Shown piece after piece: positions 7,150-12,692 of a DNA stretch of 12,692 bases; position 1 is the stretch's first letter; each line of letters opens with the position of its first letter. The stretch spans positions 1 to 12,692 of IMG/VR virus record IMGVR_UViG_2617270948_000001, one strand, 5' to 3'. The DNA is from a virus (taxonomy: Duplodnaviria; Heunggongvirae; Uroviricota; Caudoviricetes). The position numbers and the translations under genes are program-made. Below the pieces are notes generated by a model, which saw only the letters and a program-made list of their open reading frames with translations, ran no database searches and had not been told where the DNA came from.

Positions 7150-7839
7150 TTACCCATGCTTCCTGTACGTCTGCGGCATGCTCCCGATGACTTTCCCGAA
7201 AATGAATACCCGGTTCATCTCGTCTTTCTCGATCGGGTCCCACGGTGAGTAACTCTTGTTATCAGAGATAACGAGCAGCTTATCCTTCATCATTTGCAGG
7301 CGCTTTACATGGGCTGTGTCGTCGTACAGAAACGCATAGATACCATCACCGTCGAAAGATTTAACAGTGATATCAACGAACAAAAGGTCACCTGGTTCGA
7401 TCGTTCCTGACATGCTGTCACCGCGTACGTTAATGATGCGGATATTTTCTGCCTTCCTACCATCGAACATGTGACGAGCATCGTCAAACGAGTACTCAAC
7501 CGAGCGTAGAACTTCTACAAACTCACGGTTGATGACTCCCGGCCCGGCACTCACTTCTATATCAAGAACGTCAATCTTAAAGTATTTGGAATGGCTGACA
7601 GTTGATTGTATTGGTTGCACTGTACTGTCTGACATATTTCCAACGCCAGAAGATAACCATTCTGCGCGCACACCCAAAGCGTTCGCGATCTCCACGATTT
7701 TAGTTGTTTGATTAGCTTTCCCTGTTTCGATTTTCTGAATAGCAGCCTGGCTAACCCCGACCAAATCCCCAAGCGCCTTTTGTGTAAGGCCTCGCGCTAA
7801 TCTGGCTTCTTTAAGTCTTTCTGAGAGTGTTGTTTTCAT
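7150..7839 (-). CDS. CI-like prophage repressor (229 aa from ATG at 7839): N-terminal XRE-type HTH plus C-terminal LexA-like S24 autopeptidase domain
   Basis: HTH segment LTQKALGDLVGVSQAAIQKIETGK; Ala-Gly cleavage site in VSAGPG; catalytic Ser in RGDSM and Lys in HVKRL. The listed ORF start at 7905 runs through the operator region. ATG at 7839 has almost no leader, consistent with a PRM-type leaderless transcript. Confidence 0.85.
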   Translation of the reverse strand: MKTTLSERLKEARLARGLTQKALGDLVGVSQAAIQKIETGKANQTTKIVEIANALGVRAEWLSSGVGNMSDSTVQPIQSTVSHSKYFKIDVLDIEVSAGPGVINREFVEVLRSVEYSFDDARHMFDGRKAENIRIINVRGDSMSGTIEPGDLLFVDITVKSFDGDGIYAFLYDDTAHVKRLQMMKDKLLVISDNKSYSPWDPIEKDEMNRVFIFGKVIGSMPQTYRKHG

Positions 7840-7931
7840 AGTCCAAATGTACAACCAAGGTTTTATTCCATCAAACGAAAATGGTTGTTGACTAAAAACA
7901 ACCATAGTTTTAATCTTGATTCAAATTAACC
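7840..7931. promoter_or_regulatory. OR-like immunity switch: divergent PRM (minus) and PR (plus) promoters with a 25-bp perfect palindromic operator
   Basis: Palindrome ATGGTTGTT-gactaaa-AACAACCAT at 7881-7905. PR: TTGACT (7888-7893), 17 bp, TAATCT (7911-7916). PRM on minus strand: TTGATG (complement 7869-7874), 17 bp, TACATT (complement 7846-7851), about 7 nt before the cI ATG. Extra ACAACC/GGTTGT half-sites at 7851-7856 and 7937-7942. Confidence 0.55.
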
Positions 7932-7943
7932 ATGGAGGTTGTT

Positions 7944-8174
7944 ATGAACCCAGCTATCAAAACAGCGATCAATATCGTTGGTTCACAAAAGAAACTGGGC
8001 GCTGCTTGCGAAGTTTCACAGCAGGCCGTCTATAAGTGGCTTCACAACAAAGCAAAGGTATCCCCTGAACATGTCGGCAGCATTGTTACGGCTACTGGTG
8101 GAGTAGTGAAGGCATACCAGATTCGCCCGGATCTTCCGAAGTTGTTTCCACACACCGAAAAGAACGCAGCTTAA
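7944..8174 (+). CDS. Cro-like small HTH regulator, DicC/YdaS-like (76 aa from ATG at 7944; the listed ORF begins at an upstream ATG at 7932)
   Basis: GGAGG at 7934-7938 sits 5 nt before the ATG at 7944. Sequence SQKKLGAACEVSQQAVYKWL is a DicC/YdaS-type HTH. Divergent from the repressor across the operator region. Confidence 0.7.
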   Translation: MNPAIKTAINIVGSQKKLGAACEVSQQAVYKWLHNKAKVSPEHVGSIVTATGGVVKAYQIRPDLPKLFPHTEKNAA

Positions 8175-8186
8175 ATTTCCATTTCA

Positions 8187-8199
8187 CGCTCTTTAACAA
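8187..8199 (+). promoter_or_regulatory. boxA-like element CGCTCTTTAACAA at the nutR position just downstream of cro
   Basis: GCTCTTTAACAA matches the E. coli rrn/lambdoid boxA consensus as recalled. Located 13 bp after the cro-like stop, where nutR lies in lambda. No convincing boxB hairpin seen downstream. Confidence 0.35.
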
Positions 8200-8243
8200 T
8201 AAGCAATCAACTTAACAGTCAATTCAAACTAAAGGAGTCAATT

Positions 8244-8783
8244 ATGCAACCACTTACATACCAACAGACTAGCGGATTTAGCCCGACTGCGGTGATAAAT
8301 CGTTCTCAAACAAAACAGGTGCCAGGCCACGAAAAAATCCGTGATGCCGTCCGCGCCTGGTCGGCTGTAGATAATCAGGATGTCGTTGCCACACTCATTG
8401 TGAATGAGTATCGGGAGCAGGGCGGCGGCACCATCGATTTCCCTGATGATGTCAGCCGTGCACGCCAGAAGCTGTTCCGCTTCCTCGATAACAAATTCGA
8501 TTCTGAAAAATACCGAAATAACGTGCGTGAACTGACCCCGGCAATTCTGGCTGTACTACCGCTGGAATATCGCGGCCACCTGGTTGAGCAGGATAGCTTC
8601 ATGGCTAGGCTGGCTGAAATGGAAAAGGAACTCAGTGAGGCAAAACAGGCTGTCATTCTCAACGCACCACGCCACCAGAAACTGAAGGAGATGAGTGAAG
8701 GCATTGTGTCGATGTTTCGAGTGGACCCGGATCTGGCAGGTCCATTGATGGCGATGGTCACCACCATGCTGGGGGCAATATGA
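8244..8783 (+). CDS. YdaT-like protein at the cII position (179 aa)
   Basis: AGGAG 7 nt upstream of ATG at 8244. Segments NEYREQGGG and LTPAILAVLPLEYRGHL resemble recalled Rac YdaT (EEYLRQGGG, LIPAILAILPRELRHRL). Follows a YdaS/DicC-like cro as in Rac-type immunity regions. No similarity to lambda CII. Confidence 0.5.
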   Translation: MQPLTYQQTSGFSPTAVINRSQTKQVPGHEKIRDAVRAWSAVDNQDVVATLIVNEYREQGGGTIDFPDDVSRARQKLFRFLDNKFDSEKYRNNVRELTPAILAVLPLEYRGHLVEQDSFMARLAEMEKELSEAKQAVILNAPRHQKLKEMSEGIVSMFRVDPDLAGPLMAMVTTMLGAI

Positions 8784-8869
8784 CATGTTCAGAAATGGCG
8801 AAAGCCGGTCTGCTGGAACAGAACCGACTTTCAGGTGCAAATCGTAACGCACTCATTGCGGGAGGAATT

Positions 8870-9799
8870 ATGGCAAACACTGCTGAGATATTCAATTTTC
8901 CAGTGCCGGATGCGGCACAAAAGGAGCCGCGCGTGGCAGATCTCGATGATGGTTATACGCGCATTGCAAATGAGTTGCTGGAAGCTGTGATGCTGGCCGG
9001 ATTAACACAGCACCAGCTTCTGGTCTTCCTGGCTGTCATGCGCAAAACATATGGCTTTAATAAAAAACTGGATTGGGTGAGCAACGAGCAACTTTCCGAG
9101 TTGACCGGGATATTGCCGCACAAGTGTTCTGCTGCAAAAAGTGTTCTGGTAAAGCGTGGGATTTTTATTCAGAGCGGGCGGAATATAGGCATTAATAATG
9201 TGGTCAGTGAATGGTCAACATTACCCGAATCAGGTAAGAAAAATAAAGTTTACCTGAAAGAGGTAAATTTACCTGAATCAGGTAAGAAAAGTTTACCCAA
9301 ATCAGGTAAAGGCACTTACCCGAATCAGGTAAACACAAAAGACAAACTAACAAAAGACAATATAAAACCTTATTCGTCCGAGAATTCTGGCGAATCCTCT
9401 GACCAGCCAGAAAACGATCTTCCTGTGGTGAAACCGGATGCTGCAATTCAGAGCGGCAGCAAGTGGGGGACAGCAGAAGACCTGACCGCCGCAGAGTGGA
9501 TGTTTGACATGGTGAAGACCATCGCGCCATCAGCCAGAAAACCGAATTTTGCAGGGTGGGCTAACGATATCCGCCTGATGCGTGAACGTGACGGACGTAA
9601 CCACCGCGATATGTGTGTACTGTTCCGCTGGGCATGCCAGGACAACTTCTGGTCCGGTAACGTGCTAAGTCCGGCCAAACTCCGCGACAAGTGGACCCAA
9701 CTCGAAATCAACCGTAACAAGCAACAGGCAGGCGTGACAGCTAGCAAACCAAAACTCGACCTGACAAACACAGACTGGATTTACGGGGTGGATCTATGA
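8870..9799 (+). CDS. O: Replication initiator O (lambda O family, 309 aa from ATG at 8870; listed ORF start at 8780 is probably an upstream in-frame extension)
   Basis: GGAGG 4 nt before ATG at 8870. MANTAEIFNF ... ADLDDGYTRIANELLEA ... RKTYGFNK parallels lambda O N-terminus (MTNTAKILNF ... ADLDDGYARLSN ... RKTYGWNK). Iterons lie inside the gene. Stop overlaps P start (ATGA). Confidence 0.9.
   Translation: MANTAEIFNFPVPDAAQKEPRVADLDDGYTRIANELLEAVMLAGLTQHQLLVFLAVMRKTYGFNKKLDWVSNEQLSELTGILPHKCSAAKSVLVKRGIFIQSGRNIGINNVVSEWSTLPESGKKNKVYLKEVNLPESGKKSLPKSGKGTYPNQVNTKDKLTKDNIKPYSSENSGESSDQPENDLPVVKPDAAIQSGSKWGTAEDLTAAEWMFDMVKTIAPSARKPNFAGWANDIRLMRERDGRNHRDMCVLFRWACQDNFWSGNVLSPAKLRDKWTQLEINRNKQQAGVTASKPKLDLTNTDWIYGVDL
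9221..9333. repeat. Replication origin iterons: five copies (one degenerate) of an 18-bp dyad TTACC(C/T)(G/A)AATCAGGTAA(G/A), followed by an AT-rich stretch at 9334-9370
   Basis: Copies at 9221-9238, 9249-9265 (degenerate), 9269-9286, 9293-9310, 9316-9333, spaced about 20-28 bp, then cacaaaagacaaactaacaaaagacaatataaaacc. Inside the O gene, as in ori-lambda. Encodes repeated PESGKK in the O linker. Confidence 0.75.
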
Positions 9800-10497
9800 A
9801 AAACATCGCCGCACAGATGATTAACTTTGACCGTGAGCAGATGCGTCGGATCGCCAACAACATGCCGGAACAGTACGACGAAAAGCCGCAGGTACAGCAG
9901 GTAGCGCAGATCATCAATGGTGTGTTCAGCCAGTTACTGGCAACTTTCCCGGCGAGCCTGGCTAACCGGGACCAGAACGAACTGAACGAAATCCGCCGCC
10001 AGTGGGTTCTGGCTTTCCGGGAAAACGGGATCACCACGATGGAACAGGTTAACGCAGGAATGCGCGTAGCCCGTCGGCAGAATCGACCATTCCTGCCATC
10101 ACCCGGGCAGTTTGTTGCCTGGTGCCGGGAAGAAGCATCCGTTACCGCCGGGCTGCCAAACGCCAGCGAGCTGGTTGATATGGTTTACGAGTATTGCCGG
10201 AAACGTGGCCTGTATCCGGATGCAGAGTCTTATCCGTGGAAATCAAACGCGCACTACTGGCTGGTTACCAACCTGTATCAGAACATGCGGGCCAATGCGC
10301 TGACTGATGCGGAATTACGGCGCAAGGCTGCCGATGAACTGGCCTGTATGACAGCGCGAATTAACCGTGGTGAGGCGATACCTGAACCAGTAAAACAACT
10401 TCCTGTCATGGGCGGGAGACCGCTTAATCGTGTTCAGGCTCTGGCGAAGATCGCAGAAATCAAAGCGAAGTTTGGGCTGAAAGGAGCAAGTGTATGA
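9796..10497 (+). CDS. P: Replication protein P (lambda P, DnaB helicase loader, 233 aa)
   Basis: Essentially identical to lambda P as recalled (MKNIAAQMINFDREQMRRIANNMPEQYDEKPQVQQVAQIINGVFSQLLATFPASLANRDQNE ... KFGLKGASV). Confidence 0.96.
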   Translation: MKNIAAQMINFDREQMRRIANNMPEQYDEKPQVQQVAQIINGVFSQLLATFPASLANRDQNELNEIRRQWVLAFRENGITTMEQVNAGMRVARRQNRPFLPSPGQFVAWCREEASVTAGLPNASELVDMVYEYCRKRGLYPDAESYPWKSNAHYWLVTNLYQNMRANALTDAELRRKAADELACMTARINRGEAIPEPVKQLPVMGGRPLNRVQALAKIAEIKAKFGLKGASV

Positions 10498-10667
10498 CGG
10501 GCAAAGAGGCAATTATTCATTACCTGGGGACTCATAAGAACTTCTGTGCGCAGGACGTTGCCGCGGTAACAGGCGCAACCGTAACCAGCATAAATCAGGC
10601 TGCGGCTAAAATGGCGCGGGCAGGAATCCTGGTCGTTGATGGTAAGGTCTGGCGAACGTTTGTTTAA
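10494..10667 (+). pseudogene. ren: Truncated ren (57 codons versus about 96 in lambda); marks the point where lambda-like sequence ends
   Basis: ATG overlaps P stop (ATGA). MTGKEAIIHYLGTHKNFCAQDVAAVTGATVTSINQAAAKMARAGILVVDGKVWRT matches the lambda Ren N-terminus, then diverges (FV-stop) into AT-rich unrelated sequence. Below ORF-track cutoff. Confidence 0.6.
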
Positions 10668-10813
10668 CGGTTAGCTACTCAGGATGATAGGGCGGGGCAA
10701 GTGAGTATGAAGCGGATTTTCAGGAATGCCATCAGAGTTTGGAAATAAAGTGGGTTTTCTAGTGGCAAGAGACTTGATAATATTTAGTTCTTTGAATCCA
10801 AGGAGATAGGGTT

Positions 10814-11308
10814 ATGAGAAAATTTATTTTAGCCTTTGTTATAAGTGCCTCGTTTACAGCAAATGCTGGTGTAGAGAAGTTAGGGCCGTGGATAACAAAG
10901 TCTGAGATAAATAAAATGACTGATCAGACTGACTTTGTGGCTCTTAATTTATCACCAGATTCATATAACAAAGCAGGTACTGATCGTGCAACTTCACTGG
11001 TGTTGCGTTGTAGTGATAACAAAACAGATGTCTATTTATCATTCAATGATTATATGGGTTCGGACAACCCAAGAATTACAGTACGGTTAGATGGCGGAAA
11101 GCCGGTCAAGAGTGTTTGGGGAGGTGGGGAAGGCGGTGATTCTGCATTTGCTCCACAACCAATACAATTTATAAAGACCTTGGCTAAGCATAAAAAAGCT
11201 ATTTTTGGGTTTGAACCTTATGGATCAACTATGCAAGTAGTTGAGTTTGACTTGTCTGAGATTGATAAGGTTGTGGAAAAAATTTCACAGTCTTGCAATT
11301 GGAAATAA
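10814..11308 (+). CDS. Hypothetical secreted/periplasmic protein (164 aa) with Sec signal peptide; AT-rich cargo
   Basis: AGGAG 8 nt before ATG. N-terminus MRKFILAFVISASFTANA-GVE has a positive n-region, hydrophobic core and an A-x-A cleavage site. Two Cys (C66, C162) could form a disulfide. No family recognised. Confidence 0.6.
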   Translation: MRKFILAFVISASFTANAGVEKLGPWITKSEINKMTDQTDFVALNLSPDSYNKAGTDRATSLVLRCSDNKTDVYLSFNDYMGSDNPRITVRLDGGKPVKSVWGGGEGGDSAFAPQPIQFIKTLAKHKKAIFGFEPYGSTMQVVEFDLSEIDKVVEKISQSCNWK

Positions 11309-11325
11309 CAAAAAAATATCATATG

Positions 11326-11352
11326 AACCCAGTTGGCTCTGGGTTTTTTATT
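11326..11352 (+). terminator. Intrinsic terminator after the secreted-protein gene (stem AACCCAG/CTGGGTT, loop ttggct, then TTTTTTATTT)
   Basis: Perfect 7-bp stem immediately followed by a T-run, 18 bp after the stop codon. Confidence 0.65.
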
Positions 11353-11704
11353 TCTGTTGTCTATAATGTATTCATAATTTTTACTGGGATACAGTGCACA
11401 TAAAATCCCAATTGCGGTAGGACGATAACTGGATCAGGTGGAGGCACTTACGCAAGAATTGATTGTATTAATTTGCATAGAGCAACGCGAAGTTATTTAT
11501 AAATTAACTGATATAGAGTACTAGATGTAATCCGAACCGGTTATGATTCGTCACCAATTTTGCAAGAGGCTGGGTAGGTAAGCTATTGGATACCGTAGGT
11601 AGCAAAAATATAGAAGGAGGGGAAGAATTGCTAAACTCGAGCATTCACTTAAATCTGAGTTATTTATTGTTAAGATATAATACACTTTGAATAATAGAGG
11701 CTAT

Positions 11705-12109
11705 ATGACAACGAAAATAAGCAAAGATGATAAACATCTGCTTGATCCTTATTTAAAATGGCTTGCAAACAAGAAGCTAATGGTTGCCTTCTGGTTGGTG
11801 CTAATGATATGTGGTTGCATATATGCATATATAGAAAATGATTGGTCACTTCTTCCCCGATTCGGATGTTTAGGCATAATGATTGGCACATTGCTTACTC
11901 TTTCTCCGCTTTTTGCAGAAGGTATCTACCTGTCAAGGCGAGAAGCATTTAGTTTTGGTTCGGTACAACAAGATGGGAGCGTCACCTCAACCTCTGAAAA
12001 AGGTCGTGCAGTATCAAGGAATATTCTATGGGGTGTTATCATTATAATCATATCATCGATAATAAATGCATTTGGTGACTTAATAATGGTCACGATTATG
12101 AATGGTTAA
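11705..12109 (+). CDS. Hypothetical small membrane protein (134 aa from ATG at 11705; the listed ORF start at 11687 is a TTG), about three TM helices
   Basis: AGAGG 4 nt before ATG. Hydrophobic segments LMVAFWLVLMICGCIYAYI, LGIMIGTLLTLSPLF, ILWGVIIIIISSIINAFGDLIMVTI. AT-rich. No family recognised. Confidence 0.5.
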   Translation: MTTKISKDDKHLLDPYLKWLANKKLMVAFWLVLMICGCIYAYIENDWSLLPRFGCLGIMIGTLLTLSPLFAEGIYLSRREAFSFGSVQQDGSVTSTSEKGRAVSRNILWGVIIIIISSIINAFGDLIMVTIMNG

Positions 12110-12365
12110 AATAATTAATATTTATGATATTAGTATTATATAACTTAGTATGCTGTTTAATTAAGTCACCGCAGACTTGACACTTGGCGGTAACTTCTGC
12201 GCTAAACGGTGACGTTTATACGCACATACAATCTAAATCCTCTTCTCCCTCCACAGATGCAGAAATATACCTGCGATTTTTTGCATTCGGTGTGTAGTGG
12301 CATAGTGAATTTGGCCACCTGAATAGAGGTGATATCATCACCTCATAGTCAAAACAGGTGACATT

Positions 12366-12677
<312 letters not shown>

Positions 12678-12692
12678 TTGAGAAACTCAGGG

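Noticed and set aside
7305-7772. ORFs 7305-7499, 7529-7711 and 7557-7772 inside the repressor gene
   Set aside because: Shadow frames of the cI-like gene, which is supported by its HTH and S24 peptidase motifs.
4832-8243. Presence of canonical lambda N, cIII, kil, rexA/rexB or cII genes
   Set aside because: No reading frame in the expected positions resembles these proteins as I recall them; the slots are occupied by unrelated genes (the ARM-containing ORF, the AT-rich cassette, the YdaT-like protein).
62-8783. Extended N-termini implied by the ORF track (for example xis from 1482, the repressor from 7905, O from 8780, the 2067-2381 and 4907-5317 ORFs)
   Set aside because: The track starts ORFs at the most upstream ATG/GTG/TTG. 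In these cases the upstream codon is GTG or TTG, or lacks a ribosome-binding site, while an internal ATG with a good Shine-Dalgarno matches the homologous protein start.
9221-9333. Possibility that the regularly spaced 18-bp repeats form a CRISPR array
   Set aside because: The repeats lie inside the O coding sequence, are imperfect dyads with irregular short spacers, and match the iteron architecture of lambdoid origins.
8375-10512. Minus- and plus-strand ORFs overlapping ydaT-like/O/P (8375-8767, 8556-8852, 9204-9530, 9448-9771, 9741-10037, 10112-10303, 10315-10512)
   Set aside because: They overlap genes with strong homology support (O, P); two of them merely re-read the iteron repeats in other frames.

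Overview
This window is the left arm and immunity/replication region of a mosaic lambdoid prophage, inserted next to the 3' end of a tRNA-Thr gene and cut off after a truncated ren. From left to right: a partial tRNA-Thr(CGU); a P22-type integrase and excisionase; small early genes including a TraR/DksA-type zinc-finger protein and a phage Dam-family methyltransferase; the lambda Red genes exo, bet and a short-form gam; a putative PL/OL region; a strongly AT-rich three-gene cassette directly downstream of the cI-like repressor; divergent PRM/PR promoters with a perfect 25-bp palindromic operator; a DicC/YdaS-like Cro and a YdaT-like protein; lambda-type O (with internal iteron origin) and P; then AT-rich cargo (a secreted protein and a membrane protein) and the left end of an IS3-family element. 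The most interesting feature is the AT-rich cassette at 5595-7101, which sits in the slot that rexA-rexB occupy in lambda and is a candidate undescribed defence/abortive-infection module. All protein identifications rest on recalled family sequences and motifs read by eye; no database search was run.
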